A stretch of 64,000 nucleotides of DNA, from the NCBI GenBank assembly GCA_026397255.1, contig JAPLVF010000013.1, positions 9,481 through 73,480 on the forward strand, read 5' to 3'. The notes beneath the pieces were generated by a model that was not told the DNA's origin, ran no database searches, and was given only the letters and a program-made list of their open reading frames with translations. Positions 34,906-46,173 of the stretch are shown in pieces. How positions within the stretch are numbered: the first letter of the stretch is position 1; each line of letters opens with the position of its first letter. The position numbers were made by a program, and so were the translations under genes. This stretch comes from Candidatus Beckwithbacteria bacterium (GTDB taxonomy: Bacteria; Patescibacteriota; Microgenomatia; UBA1400; CG1-02-47-37).

Positions 34906-36209
34906 ATAGCCTCCTGAGGACAGACTGACGGCAGATAATAATAAAATTTTTGATTGGCTGGGAATAAACTTAAATCATTTAAATAGAAAGCAAAATATAA
35001 TTCCGGCTGGTATAACCGATTGCTAATATAAACCGGCTGAACCGGCAGTCTGTCTTTAAATTGCAGGGCTGCTTGTTTATACGGCAAAATCCAGGCAGCG
35101 GCTGACCGACCGGGATAATGAATAAAATAGTCATGTAAATAAAAAGATAAATTTAAAATTAAAGCCAGGCTAAAAATAATGCTAATAATGGTCTTAAACC
35201 GGCTCCAGCCTAAGCCAATCAGCCAGGCTAAAGGAATCATCAGATAAATTGCCCGGGAAGCATGCGGAGTTTCGTTTACTAAGGCGGCGATTGTCGGGCT
35301 TAATAATAACCAAGCCAATATCAGCCAAACTTCTTTCCGACGGTAATTTAATAAAGCCACGAGGCCGCTGACCAATAAAATTCCCTGTACCAGTAGCAGT
35401 TCACCGCCAAAGCCGGAATGATGGCGAAGATTGGGGTCGCCGCTGACTAATAAGAACTGCGGATCAAAATAAGATGAGTAATTAAGCAGAAATTTTTTAA
35501 TTCTTTCCGGCTTTCTTTCAGTTGAAGTAATTAAATTATCATTGGAAAGACGGTACTGCTGACTGGCCGCATAATAAGGCGATTTAATTAAAATAATCAG
35601 GCTGACAATAATTAAGAGCAAGCCTAAAAAAAACTGTGTTAATTTAGTCCGGCTGTAAAGCAAAAAAGCCAAGACAAACAAAACCGGGGCTAAAATTCTC
35701 AAACTAAAATAGGTGTAAATGCCTAAAATAACGGCAAGGCTGGATAAAAATACCCTTTTTTTGATAATTAAATAAACGGCTAAGACTAACCAAAATAAAG
35801 ACAGGTGCGATTCCATGCCGATGCGGCTGAAATGAATGCTCCAGGGCATAATTAAAAAGCTCACCGCTACATATGGACCAAGCCATTTAAATAACAGCCA
35901 GGCGATTCCCAATGAGGCTAATAGCGACGGCAGTCGGATGGTTAACTCGGAAATATTAATGACTTTACCCAAAATCGTTACCAGCCAAATATAAACCGGG
36001 GCCTTGTAGTCGCCGTAAGAAATAAAAATCGGCTGAAGCCAGGAATGACCGTTAAGGTCTTTACCTGTTTGCAACAACGAACGGGCATCTAAGCCAATGG
36101 CAACTTCATCCCAATAAAGGCTGACAGGAATTTTCCCAAACTGATAAAAACGGGCAAACAATCCCAGAAGCCCTAATCCAAATAAAAGAACTAACAGACC
36201 TTTTTTCAT
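34887..36209 (-). CDS. GT-C (ArnT/PMT-like), TGKD-GDYK subfamily
   Basis: DEVAIG.DA.S...TGKD..G......F.SYGDYKAP; GDPNLRH. Confidence 0.87.
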   Translation of the reverse strand: MKKGLLVLLFGLGLLGLFARFYQFGKIPVSLYWDEVAIGLDARSLLQTGKDLNGHSWLQPIFISYGDYKAPVYIWLVTILGKVINISELTIRLPSLLASLGIAWLLFKWLGPYVAVSFLIMPWSIHFSRIGMESHLSLFWLVLAVYLIIKKRVFLSSLAVILGIYTYFSLRILAPVLFVLAFLLYSRTKLTQFFLGLLLIIVSLIILIKSPYYAASQQYRLSNDNLITSTERKPERIKKFLLNYSSYFDPQFLLVSGDPNLRHHSGFGGELLLVQGILLVSGLVALLNYRRKEVWLILAWLLLSPTIAALVNETPHASRAIYLMIPLAWLIGLGWSRFKTIISIIFSLALILNLSFYLHDYFIHYPGRSAAAWILPYKQAALQFKDRLPVQPVYISNRLYQPELYFAFYLNDLSLFPANQKFYYYLPSVCPQEAICLNSF

Positions 36210-36227
36210 TTATACTATTATTATAGT

Positions 36228-37643
36228 ATGTTAATATTTTTATTGCTTTTTGCTTTGGCGACCCGCCTGCCTCACATTTGGGGCTATAACATCCCTTTTA
36301 GTTATGACCACGGCCGGGATGCCTTGGCGGTTTTAGATTTGATAAAAAACTTTTCTTTAAAATTCATCGGGCCGTGGACCAGCATTCAGGGGGTCTTTTT
36401 CGGACCGGGCTGGTATTATTTGCTGGCTCCGCTGTATTGGCTGCTAAACGGGAATCCTTTAGCCGGACCGCTGACCATGCAGATAATCGGCCTAGTAATT
36501 ATTTGGCTGGCTTATAAACAATTCGGCATTTATGAAGCGGTTATTTTCGCCTCGGCGCCGATTTTTACCATGATCAGCGTCAGCGCTGCCAATCCTTTTC
36601 CAATGGCTTTAATCGGACTACTGATACTTATTTGCTTAAAAACCCCCAGCCGGCACCCAATAAGTTTAGGCTTATTAGTCGGTTTAGGCTTTCATTTTTC
36701 TTCAGCCTTGGCAATTTTTTATTTACTGATAATTCCGTTAATTTTATTATTCAGAAAAATTAAGTTAAATCTAATAAAATTAATGATCGGGTTGATTATT
36801 CCTTTTATCCCGCAAATACTGTTTGAAATTAAATATAATTTTTTAGAAGTTAGGTCACTAATCAGTTATTTTGCCGCCGGGGAAAGCCAGCATATTAATC
36901 CGGGGAAAATAGAAATTGTGACTAAGTCTGTTTTCCATGAATTAAGTCTGGCAGTGTTACCGGATGGCAGTTGGTTAAAATATTTAGCTTTGGGATTACT
37001 GATAACCGGAATAGTTTATTTAATTGCCAAAAGAAAAATTAATACTTTCTGGCCGGATATTGTTTTATTTATTTTAATTCCCACCATTGGTTTTTGGTGG
37101 CTTCATTACAATGTCTGGTATGTCTACGGTTTGTTACCGGTGGCGGTCGTGGCTATCGGCCGGATTTTACACTCAGTACCAAAAATTATTACTTATAGTT
37201 ATTTAGGGTTGTTAATTATCGGCGGTGTTAAAATTCCTGTGCGTCAAATCGGGAATGGCTTTTTACCGATTAAGCTTCAGGTTTTAAATTACATCTATGA
37301 TCAGGCTCAAGGTAAATTGTTCAGTTCCTACCAGTACTTACCCAATATTTACGACTATCCTTACCAGTATTTGTATTTCTGGCAGGCATTTAAGGGCAAA
37401 CCCTTACCGGTGGAATTTGCTTATAAGCCGGGAGAGATAAGTTATGTGAGCGAAAAGCCAAAATTACTAAAATTATTTCCTAAAAATAATCAACCACCTG
37501 ATATTATTTTTTTGATAATCGAAAGGCCGGAAAATATCTGGCACTACCCATTCCAATCATGGCTTAATAACATTAAATATTCAGAAATTATCAGTAAAAA
37601 AGAGTTCGGCCCGGAACTGGAAGTTTGGCAGGTAAAGCCCTGA
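36228..37643 (+). CDS. GT-C (ArnT/PMT-like), YD.GRD subfamily
   Basis: YDHGRDAL...IGP.TSI.GVFFGP.WYY. Confidence 0.83.
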   Translation: MLIFLLLFALATRLPHIWGYNIPFSYDHGRDALAVLDLIKNFSLKFIGPWTSIQGVFFGPGWYYLLAPLYWLLNGNPLAGPLTMQIIGLVIIWLAYKQFGIYEAVIFASAPIFTMISVSAANPFPMALIGLLILICLKTPSRHPISLGLLVGLGFHFSSALAIFYLLIIPLILLFRKIKLNLIKLMIGLIIPFIPQILFEIKYNFLEVRSLISYFAAGESQHINPGKIEIVTKSVFHELSLAVLPDGSWLKYLALGLLITGIVYLIAKRKINTFWPDIVLFILIPTIGFWWLHYNVWYVYGLLPVAVVAIGRILHSVPKIITYSYLGLLIIGGVKIPVRQIGNGFLPIKLQVLNYIYDQAQGKLFSSYQYLPNIYDYPYQYLYFWQAFKGKPLPVEFAYKPGEISYVSEKPKLLKLFPKNNQPPDIIFLIIERPENIWHYPFQSWLNNIKYSEIISKKEFGPELEVWQVKP

Positions 37644-39044
37644 CTATTTTATCCTTTTCAAAAGCACCCCGGCGTAACTTAAATATAGTTTTTTATAATT
37701 ATTGTCGTTTAATAAACTGTTTTTTAAACTCTCCATGTCTTCATAGGTCATTGGATAGAAACTTTCAGTAAAGGTTAAAACTATATAATCAGCTTCTTGA
37801 TAGTTATTCGGAAATTTATAAATTTGATTCCGATTAATTAAGTGGGCCAGCAGGGGAACTTGGGCAGAGACTGAAGCATTTTCCGGAATTAATTGCATCA
37901 TTTTATAGTAATCATCATTTCGCGGCGGTAAAACATAAAAAGATCTTTTAAAAATTAAAGCAAGCGGAGGAGCGGGATAATAAGGATCAAGACCGGGCCG
38001 GTTAGTATAAAACGTTCCCACGATGGCCATCAATATTGACAGATAAATTAAAGGCTTGAATTTGATTTTTTGTAAAACCTGAACTGCGCTAAAGGCCAAT
38101 ATCGGCGTCAAGGTGGCAGCATAATGTCTTTGGAGGCTATATCTGACCGCATCATTGGCAAAATGCCTTAAAAAGGTAAACGGAGCCATCAGCCAATATA
38201 AAGGTGAAAAAAAAGGCAAAAATCCAAAAGAGAATGAAGTCAGTAAGATATTTCTCAGCTTAACTAGCGGATAAATAAAATCCTTTAAAAATTCTAGGGG
38301 TGAAGTTAAAAAAGTTTTAATAATCATATTAGGAGTGCCTTTTGTTCCGAAAGAGTTGCGGGCAAAGACAGCTTCACCGTTAAATAGGGGAAGAAAAAAA
38401 TTGTAAATTAAGTAATAGTAGGTAATGGATATAATTGCCGTGATTAAACTAACTTTTCTTTCTTTTTTAATAAAAAATCCATAAAGACTTAAGCCAAATA
38501 AATAAATTGCCACATCCTCCCGACTAAATAAAGCCAAAATAAAAGTCGGCCAATAATATTTCCATTTTTTGGTTTCGAAAAAGTAAATTGCCAGGCCAAG
38601 AAAAGTGGCAGAAATAGTAGCAGAATGATAATCAGAAGAAATCGCTGATTGGATGCCGATAAAATATAAATATAAAAAAGAAATACATAACGGAATGAAT
38701 TTGCCTTTTATTTTTCTGGTTGAGTATAAATAAACCGGAATTACACCTAAAACAACAATTATCTGTTGAAAGATTATCAAAACTCTCGCGTCAGGCCAGA
38801 GTCGATAAAAAGGAGCGAATAATAAAAGAATCGGGTCAAAATGGTCGTTAAAACTAAGGCTTTGGAGTACTGAACTATAGGGTGCTTCCAATCTTGAAAG
38901 GTGCCAAACCGGTTGAGCAGAATGCGCCAAATCCTCACCAGTTTCAAAACGGTTATATTTTTGAATGCCAATTGTTAAATAGGCAACTAAAAAAAATCCA
39001 ACTAAAAACACCCAAAGTTTATTATGTTTATAAACTTTTTTCAT
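37644..39044 (-). CDS. DUF2079-like GT-C membrane protein
   Basis: DL....Q..W, DHFDPIL, DYH, RED, HY...L.P. Confidence 0.8.
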   Translation of the reverse strand: MKKVYKHNKLWVFLVGFFLVAYLTIGIQKYNRFETGEDLAHSAQPVWHLSRLEAPYSSVLQSLSFNDHFDPILLLFAPFYRLWPDARVLIIFQQIIVVLGVIPVYLYSTRKIKGKFIPLCISFLYLYFIGIQSAISSDYHSATISATFLGLAIYFFETKKWKYYWPTFILALFSREDVAIYLFGLSLYGFFIKKERKVSLITAIISITYYYLIYNFFLPLFNGEAVFARNSFGTKGTPNMIIKTFLTSPLEFLKDFIYPLVKLRNILLTSFSFGFLPFFSPLYWLMAPFTFLRHFANDAVRYSLQRHYAATLTPILAFSAVQVLQKIKFKPLIYLSILMAIVGTFYTNRPGLDPYYPAPPLALIFKRSFYVLPPRNDDYYKMMQLIPENASVSAQVPLLAHLINRNQIYKFPNNYQEADYIVLTFTESFYPMTYEDMESLKNSLLNDNNYKKLYLSYAGVLLKRIK

Positions 39045-41361
39045 ATCTGTATTTTATCTTAAAATAGATCGCCAGTAAGATTAAACTTAAACTAATCAGA
39101 GAAATCTTAGCTCCAAGATAGAAAGATTGTGGCTGAAAATTAAAAATTACCCGGCTATTATCTTCGTTGATGACTACCGAGCGAAAGATATTTTCATACG
39201 GACTAATAGCGGCTGGTTGATTATTAACCGTCGCCGTCCAGCCGGGATAATAAGTATCATAGACGACCAATCTACCCTTATTCTTGACCTGAAGTTCCAG
39301 CTTATTGGGATCTTTTTGAATAATCGATGGTGTATCAATAATTTTTTGCTGATTATCTAGTAAAACAGCCCGAGGGAGGGCTTTATCATTTTGGTAAATT
39401 GAAACATCCCCATCGCTAAAAACTAACTGATTCTTAGGTAAACCCAAATCCCGATTGGTAACAAAATACTTAACGGCTAATTGTTTAAAAATATCATCAT
39501 CAAGGCTGATCCTGCCAAAATCGATTTTACTCAAAGCCAAATCGCTCCGTCTTTGAGAAATAAAAGGGTTGAATTGTACCATCTCTTCATAAAGAGGGTT
39601 TATTGCGGAATTCTTTTGAAACAAATCATTGTATCTTTTAATCACAAACGAGGTGTAGCCATTAACCGTCGCTAAACCGTAAAAGGCGCTGAAGTTGGGT
39701 GGAATCAACCTCAACTCGTCCGAAAGTTTTTTACCAATTGCCGCCGCGGATAATCGCTGATTTTCCTTAGTAAAGGGCGACTGTAAATCTAACATACCGT
39801 AGAAATCGTTTAGGCCGCTGTAAGGTACCGCTTCGGAAGAAGAAAGAAAACGGCTATCGCCTAAATTATCAGCCAAATAAGCCGCAACCGGATTAGTTTG
39901 GGTAAAATACTTATAATCAATAGTGTAAAGATTGCTGCGAGTAAAAAAGAATAAGTCAATTACTGTCATAATAATAATGATTCTCTTCCGTTTGAACCAA
40001 AACGTTAAACTGCCGAATAACCCGATAATAAGAAAGTTTTTTAGGATAAAATCGGCAATTACCCAATCAACCGAAAGATTATGAAAAGTGGAAAGAGATT
40101 TATGTATTAGGTCCGCAGTTTTAAGAAGAATAAAATGCGGCAAGGCGTGGTTAATAAAAACTGCCAATAAGGCGACAGCAGAAACAACGGTGACTGAAAA
40201 AAAGCCAAAAAACAGCCATCCTTTTTTTGGCTTAAATTTAAAAAAATCAAAGCTGTAGCCTGCCAAAAGCGACATAAAAAAAGTGTACAACGACAGAAAA
40301 ACCATCGGATTACGGAAAAGCCTGAAAATAGGGATATAAGTGGTAAAAATCTTAAAAAAAGGCAAATACGTTCCAAAAGAAATAATCAAAGCCGTTACCG
40401 CGATAATTAAAAAACTTAAAGTAATTTTCCCCCGTAAAATTTTTTTTAGATTTAAAACCACCAACAGTAAAGGCAGAAAACCAATATAACCGATTGTGGT
40501 TGTATCCATCGTTCCCCAGCCGCTGCCCTGATTTTTAATACCCCAGAAATGAGCGAAAAAAAACCGGACTAAAGAAATGGGGTTAAGCGAATAGTTTTGG
40601 AAAATTGATAAATCTTTATAAGCTTCCTGCCTGGTTGTATAAGGAATTAATTCTAGTGCTGGAATAAGGGAAATACTGGAAAAAAGCAGGGCTAAAAGCA
40701 CAACTGCCATCAAAATTACCAGACGGGTAAAAATTTCTTTTCTGGTCCGGGATAAAAAGATAATCACCGGAGAAACCAATAATTCAATAAAAACATACTG
40801 GACGTGACCGGCGAAAATCTGTAAAGATAAAGCCAAGCTGCTCAAAATTATCCCGGAAATTTTTTTAACCTCAAAGGCCCTAAAAAGGCTGTAAAAGAAA
40901 AGCGGAAACAAAGCAATAACGAAAAATCTTTGCGGATCAGCCGTATAATTAACCAAAATCCCGGAAAAAGAATAAACAATGCTGATAAAAAACGAGGCTG
41001 GCGAAGAAAGTTTCAACAGTCGCCCTAATCGGTACATAAAAAATCCCGCCAGAAAAAAATGACCAACTAACAACCAACTGACACTTCTGATTGATGTCTC
41101 TAAAAATAAAATAAAAGCGGGTAGATAATAGTTGCTCAGAGTCATGTCGGCAAAAAAAGGGTAACCGGAATAAACATGAGGATTCCACAAAGGGAAAATT
41201 CCCTTTCTGAAGTTATCAAAAAAGAATTTTCTAAACGGCAGAAAAATGGAAACAGTATCACCATAATAAAAAACCTGATTTTGAAAAATTACCGGGAAAA
41301 AATATAAAACAATTAACAAGCCTATCAGAAAATATTGAGAAAAAATTATCCGTTTGACCAT
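39028..41361 (-). CDS. YfhO-family GT-C membrane protein (start moved from 41418)
   Basis: GD, PLWNP..YSG.PF.A, AGH.Q, C-terminal YYPGWTA.VN...F.P.S. Confidence 0.85.
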   Translation of the reverse strand: MVKRIIFSQYFLIGLLIVLYFFPVIFQNQVFYYGDTVSIFLPFRKFFFDNFRKGIFPLWNPHVYSGYPFFADMTLSNYYLPAFILFLETSIRSVSWLLVGHFFLAGFFMYRLGRLLKLSSPASFFISIVYSFSGILVNYTADPQRFFVIALFPLFFYSLFRAFEVKKISGIILSSLALSLQIFAGHVQYVFIELLVSPVIIFLSRTRKEIFTRLVILMAVVLLALLFSSISLIPALELIPYTTRQEAYKDLSIFQNYSLNPISLVRFFFAHFWGIKNQGSGWGTMDTTTIGYIGFLPLLLVVLNLKKILRGKITLSFLIIAVTALIISFGTYLPFFKIFTTYIPIFRLFRNPMVFLSLYTFFMSLLAGYSFDFFKFKPKKGWLFFGFFSVTVVSAVALLAVFINHALPHFILLKTADLIHKSLSTFHNLSVDWVIADFILKNFLIIGLFGSLTFWFKRKRIIIIMTVIDLFFFTRSNLYTIDYKYFTQTNPVAAYLADNLGDSRFLSSSEAVPYSGLNDFYGMLDLQSPFTKENQRLSAAAIGKKLSDELRLIPPNFSAFYGLATVNGYTSFVIKRYNDLFQKNSAINPLYEEMVQFNPFISQRRSDLALSKIDFGRISLDDDIFKQLAVKYFVTNRDLGLPKNQLVFSDGDVSIYQNDKALPRAVLLDNQQKIIDTPSIIQKDPNKLELQVKNKGRLVVYDTYYPGWTATVNNQPAAISPYENIFRSVVINEDNSRVIFNFQPQSFYLGAKISLISLSLILLAIYFKIKYRYEKSL

Positions 41362-41362
41362 A

Positions 41363-43015
41363 TTATTGAATGAGATTTTCTTTCTCAAATAAGACAAATG
41401 CCGGCTGGCCGTCGTCAAATAAAATCATATCCTTAAACTGAGTAAAGCCAATTTTTGGTCTGTCTTCTTCAATAGCAATATTGCAAACGTATAAGACTTT
41501 ATCTTCCGCGATTTTAGTGGGACATCTTTCGCCGATAAAATATAAATTGTCAACTTTATTAATTGTGGAGAAGCCGAATTTATCCGGAGCGGTAATTGAT
41601 TCATTGGCTTGGGCTTGCCATTTAACCGGATCATATTGATTGTAAAACAGAAAATAAATATAAGCCGTGCCGCGCGAATCGGTAATCAGAGCTTTGTCGT
41701 AATTGGGCATCATTTCATTGACTCTTTTCACTAATTCTTTATAGCCACCCTGCCACTCATAAGGCTGGTGGATCGGGGCATGAACAAAATAAGCATCAAG
41801 ATAAGAGAAAAAATTAAAGCCAAAAATTAACAATAAAAGAAAACGCAAGTAAGGAAATCGTTTAATCGTTTCACTGGCTCCTAAAGCAATTGCTAAAGAT
41901 AAAGGAATGATCATCAGAATCGCCCTGATGGCGCTGGGAGTTTCAAAAGTAATTGCCGCCGGTAAGGGTGCCAATAATAACCAAACTAAAATCGGCCAAT
42001 GTTTGTTTTTGACTAAAAAATATAAACCGAGAAAAAAGAAAGGTAAAGTAAACCAGAGGGCTTGACCGGTATCCGGTACCCGGTAACGCGGCCGAATCGG
42101 GTCGCCATTAAAAAATAAAAAATTTGAATCAAAATGAGAAGCGTACCGCCGAATAAAATCAACCGTGAACTCAACCGGTTTATTATGAAAGGCCCGGGTC
42201 AACCACAATGGCTGATTTCTGGTTTCTATAAATTTTTGCTGCAAACGCTGGCTAACCCCGGATTGAGCGTTAAAAATACTAATGCCGGCACTTCTGGTTA
42301 AACTGGCTTTTGAAAAATTTAGAATGAGCCAAGGAATAAAAACAATTATTAATGTGTGAATAATTGTTTTCTTTATCGGCAGTTGGCGACGATATTGCCA
42401 AATCAAATAAATCAACCAAACCGGAATAAAAAGTCTGGGGGCGTGGTAGGAAAAAACGGACAAAGTCAGGGCAGTCAGACTGACAATGAGTTGTCCGGCT
42501 TTAGATGATTTAACAAAACGAAAGAAAAATATACTGCCTAAAACAAGCCAAAATAGACCGACATTAGCTTCAAAAGCTGCCCGGGAAAAATGAATATGCC
42601 AAGGCATGGTGGCCAGCACTAAACTGGCAATTAGGGCGAAGGGCGAGGGGTGCCGGGCGAAATTTTTAGCCAAGAAATAAACTAATAAAACCGTCAAGCT
42701 GCCAAATAAAGCCGAAGGAAAACGAACGGCAAACTCAGTTAAACCAAAAATTAAGACTGAAGGAATAGTCAGGTAAAAGTAAACCGGCATTTTACCGTCG
42801 CCAAAGGATTGAAAAATCAAAGGCCAACTTTTACCAAATTCGTCTTTGCCGGTTTTGATTAATGAATAAGCATTATAGCCAAAATCAGCCTCGTCGTTAA
42901 CAAAGCCTGAAGGAACTTTACCTAGTTTATAAAAACGTAAGGCTATCCCTAAGATAAAGATTAACCACAGCCAAAATTTTTCAGATTTGATAAACTGAAG
43001 TTGTTTCATCGCCAT
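41363..43015 (-). CDS. GT-C (ArnT/PMT-like), TGKD-GDYK subfamily
   Basis: DEADFGYNAYSLIKTGKDEFG..WP..F.SFGDGK.P; FSRAAFEAN. Confidence 0.87.
   Translation of the reverse strand: MAMKQLQFIKSEKFWLWLIFILGIALRFYKLGKVPSGFVNDEADFGYNAYSLIKTGKDEFGKSWPLIFQSFGDGKMPVYFYLTIPSVLIFGLTEFAVRFPSALFGSLTVLLVYFLAKNFARHPSPFALIASLVLATMPWHIHFSRAAFEANVGLFWLVLGSIFFFRFVKSSKAGQLIVSLTALTLSVFSYHAPRLFIPVWLIYLIWQYRRQLPIKKTIIHTLIIVFIPWLILNFSKASLTRSAGISIFNAQSGVSQRLQQKFIETRNQPLWLTRAFHNKPVEFTVDFIRRYASHFDSNFLFFNGDPIRPRYRVPDTGQALWFTLPFFFLGLYFLVKNKHWPILVWLLLAPLPAAITFETPSAIRAILMIIPLSLAIALGASETIKRFPYLRFLLLLIFGFNFFSYLDAYFVHAPIHQPYEWQGGYKELVKRVNEMMPNYDKALITDSRGTAYIYFLFYNQYDPVKWQAQANESITAPDKFGFSTINKVDNLYFIGERCPTKIAEDKVLYVCNIAIEEDRPKIGFTQFKDMILFDDGQPAFVLFEKENLIQ
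42633..42660. repeat. Four degenerate 7-bp tandem repeats inside a CDS
   Basis: AGGGCGA AGGGCGA GGGGTGC CGGGCGA. Confidence 0.55.
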
Positions 43016-44651
43016 AAACTTTAATAAACTGCTGACTATTCCTTATTGTTTCAAGAGTCGCCTTTAAAGGCAAGGCTTCTTTGTCTTTTTGATAAAGCGT
43101 TAACATTTCTTGTTCGTGAATAATAATCAGTTTTACCTGTAAAACTTTAAGTTGACTAATTGCTTCTTCAATGGGTAACGTTCGCAGAATCGAAATCGTC
43201 TTAGTCCATTCCGGTGGTTCAAAACCAGAATAACCGTTAATGAAAACGTGACGGGCGGGGAGCAAAAATGAATGATAATAGAGCCGTTCGATTTCTAAAT
43301 CGTGTAAAGGCATCACCCAAGTCTGAATCGGCAGTTCTAAAACAATGCTGGGCTGCTGAGAAAGCAGCCAGGGATAAACCGGAGGAATCTGGGTAAGAGT
43401 CGGGACTGATTTGACGAACAGCGGCAAACGAATTTCCGTTACTATTAAGATGATAATTAACAAAGAGAATAATTTTACCCACATTGGTTTTATTTTTTTA
43501 AAAACGCCTGCCAGCCAAAGTCCGATTAAAAGCGATAAGCCTAATAAAGCTAAATGGGACCAACGTTGGGGCACACGCATGCTTTTAAAACCCGGAATCA
43601 AGTAGTAACTCAGCCAGTAAGGCAAAGGTAAAGGCAGACTTAATTTTTGTTTAATGATTTGGAAATACGGACCAAAACTCATAACTAACCCGGTTAAAAA
43701 AACCAAAAAAGTGGTTTTAGTTTTAGTTGAGCGGAAAGCAGTCATTAAACTTAAGGCACCTAAAATTGAAACCACTGCCCCAAGATAAGCAGGCCAAGGG
43801 TGTTTGACAATAATTGCTTGCGCCAAAGTTTCCAGGCGTGAAGAATGTGTCGGATAGAAATATTCCAAAAAATAAGCCGAGCCGGCGAAGACATCTTTTA
43901 AAGATCGGCCAGCTTGCCAAGTCCGGGCGACCCGCAAATAGGGCTGAAAAACCAAAAATAAGACAACAAATGCCAGCAGAAAGTATTGCCCCAAGAGTAA
44001 AAAATGGGCCCGCTTAATCTGCCGTTTAATAAAAGCGATAAGGGTAAAAATACTCAAGGTAAAAATAAAAACATAACCAAGAAAAATCGTATTTAAAATT
44101 TGGCACAAGAAACAGCTTGTCACTAAAAGAGCGTATCGATGAGAAGGCTGACGGAAAAATTTTATTAAAAAATAAATTCCCAGAGGAATCCAGTACATGG
44201 TTAAAACCTGAAGATGTTCAATGGTGTCAATCTGACCAATCGAAAAAGCAAATAACGCTCCACTTATTAAACTTGCCCACCAATGTTTAGTTAACAAATA
44301 AACAACTAAGTAAACGCTAAAACCATTAAGAACAAAACTTAAAAACAGATTAAAACTGTAGGCTAAAAACGGTTGATGAAATATTTTAACGAAAGGCAGG
44401 GCTAAAATGGCGCTGGTCAGCAATGGGTCAGAAAATGCCAAAGTGTCTTTCAGCGGATAAAAAAAAGGAACTTGGAAAATTGTTCCGGGTTTAGTAGTTA
44501 AGGCTTGAATATCCCAGTTCATTAAATAACTTAAAAGGAATTCTTCTCTACCGGCAGCCGTTAAAGCGGCGGGATGTAAAACCAAGGGCCAAGTTATTAA
44601 AACCGTTAAGACAATAAAAATTAACAAACTCCAACCATGCTTAAATTTCAT
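42981..44651 (-). CDS. GT-C-like membrane protein (YfhO-related)
   Basis: TWPL, FYP...TLAFSD, MRVP.RW, NGYSGF.P. Confidence 0.8.
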   Translation of the reverse strand: MKFKHGWSLLIFIVLTVLITWPLVLHPAALTAAGREEFLLSYLMNWDIQALTTKPGTIFQVPFFYPLKDTLAFSDPLLTSAILALPFVKIFHQPFLAYSFNLFLSFVLNGFSVYLVVYLLTKHWWASLISGALFAFSIGQIDTIEHLQVLTMYWIPLGIYFLIKFFRQPSHRYALLVTSCFLCQILNTIFLGYVFIFTLSIFTLIAFIKRQIKRAHFLLLGQYFLLAFVVLFLVFQPYLRVARTWQAGRSLKDVFAGSAYFLEYFYPTHSSRLETLAQAIIVKHPWPAYLGAVVSILGALSLMTAFRSTKTKTTFLVFLTGLVMSFGPYFQIIKQKLSLPLPLPYWLSYYLIPGFKSMRVPQRWSHLALLGLSLLIGLWLAGVFKKIKPMWVKLFSLLIIILIVTEIRLPLFVKSVPTLTQIPPVYPWLLSQQPSIVLELPIQTWVMPLHDLEIERLYYHSFLLPARHVFINGYSGFEPPEWTKTISILRTLPIEEAISQLKVLQVKLIIIHEQEMLTLYQKDKEALPLKATLETIRNSQQFIKVYGDETTSVYQI

Positions 44652-46173
44652 AAAATTTAAAAATAACCTGACCGTTAAAATCGTCGATTTCCTTTACCAG
44701 TCTGGCTTTTGCGGGAGAGGCCTCTTGCGCAGCGGTCACCACCAGACTCTTCGCGGCAGGTTCGCCTTCGGGCAAAGAAAAGTTAATTTTCCCAAATTCC
44801 AAATATTCCCCCTGATCTTTTTTTACTTTTGTATTAGCCGCCTGAACTAACTGCGGATCAGTTTTAGTATAAAACCAGTAATAGATTGACGGCCGGCCCA
44901 GGCTGCGGGTGATGTAAATATGATCATATTTACCCTCATTATCAGCCACATACCCAACCATTTCCTGATAACCATACTGCCACTCTCCTGCCCATTGCCG
45001 CGGATAGATTTGATAATAGGCCTTTAAATAACGACCGGTCTCTAATATTAAAATTAAGATTGCACCGTAAATTAATAGTTTTCTGGAATTAATTAATCCG
45101 CGGGCGGTAAAAATCGTTAAAGGCACAAGCAGAGCCAAGCTTCTTAAAGCGTGCGGTGCGGCTAAAGTTAAAGCGGCCGGAACCGGCGCTAAAAACAACC
45201 AAGACAGCAGTACTAAATCTTCTGTTGTCCGTTTTTTGAGGCTCAACAATACCCCATAAAGCAAAAACGGGAGCTGGATCAGATACAATCCGCCGACTGT
45301 TTGAATCGAATGCCGCGGATTGGCATCACCGGAAATAAATAAATAGTTAAAATTAAAGTGGCTAAAATAATTGGTTAAGAAAATCCGGCCATACTGCCAG
45401 TAACGGTGGTGAATAATTCTGGGAAGCAGACCCCCGCCGTCGGCGGCAATTAATTGATTGGACTTAATAATTGGTTCAAGGGTAGAAAAAGCGCTGGTTT
45501 CATTAAAACGCTGACGGATTTGGGGAGAATTTAGTTTAACAGCAAGCGGCAGGGCTAATAAAATTACCAAAACTCCGGTGAAGAAAACTTTTTTTTGGCG
45601 AAAAATAAAAAATAGAACAATTAATAAGAGCGGCACAAAAATCCGATCGGCATGATAGGAATACAGACAAGCAGCAAAACTAATCGCTCCAGCAAGTATT
45701 TTATTTTTCAATAATAACCACACCCCTAAGACAACCAAAAATAAACCTAAATTGGCTTCAAAGCCGGCGCGGGAAAACTGCAAATGCCACGGCGAAACTG
45801 CTAAAAGTAAAGCGACCAGTAAACCCACCCGCCGATCTTTAACTAAGAAATAGACTAATAAAACTGTCAGTGTGCCGAATAAGGCCGAGGGAAAACGGAC
45901 CGCAAAAGTATTTAAACCAAAAACAGCAATCGAGGGAACGGTCGCATAAAAATAAAGACTGGGTTTGTAATCGCCAAAAGATTCAAAAGCCACCAAAGGC
46001 CAGGCATTACCATGAAAATCTTTGCCGGTTTTAAGAACTGAATAGGCATCATAGCCGATAGCGGCTTCTTCCCAATAAGGAGAGGGTGGATTAGACCCAA
46101 GATGATAAAATCTTAAAATTGCCGCCAGAATTAAAACGGCAACTATTTGTTTGACAGTTTTGTTGACAACCAT
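44641..46173 (-). CDS. GT-C (ArnT/PMT-like), TGKD-GDYK subfamily
   Basis: EEAAIGYDAYSVLKTGKD.HG..WP...FESFGDYKP; FSRAGFEAN. Confidence 0.87.
   Translation of the reverse strand: MVVNKTVKQIVAVLILAAILRFYHLGSNPPSPYWEEAAIGYDAYSVLKTGKDFHGNAWPLVAFESFGDYKPSLYFYATVPSIAVFGLNTFAVRFPSALFGTLTVLLVYFLVKDRRVGLLVALLLAVSPWHLQFSRAGFEANLGLFLVVLGVWLLLKNKILAGAISFAACLYSYHADRIFVPLLLIVLFFIFRQKKVFFTGVLVILLALPLAVKLNSPQIRQRFNETSAFSTLEPIIKSNQLIAADGGGLLPRIIHHRYWQYGRIFLTNYFSHFNFNYLFISGDANPRHSIQTVGGLYLIQLPFLLYGVLLSLKKRTTEDLVLLSWLFLAPVPAALTLAAPHALRSLALLVPLTIFTARGLINSRKLLIYGAILILILETGRYLKAYYQIYPRQWAGEWQYGYQEMVGYVADNEGKYDHIYITRSLGRPSIYYWFYTKTDPQLVQAANTKVKKDQGEYLEFGKINFSLPEGEPAAKSLVVTAAQEASPAKARLVKEIDDFNGQVIFKFYEI

Noticed and set aside
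44711-44773. GC-rich mini-palindromes (AGAGGCCTCT; GGCAGGTTCGCCTTCGGGC) near the 3' end of a GT-C gene
   Set aside because: They may be further coding repeat elements, but I saw no second copy in the window to support that.
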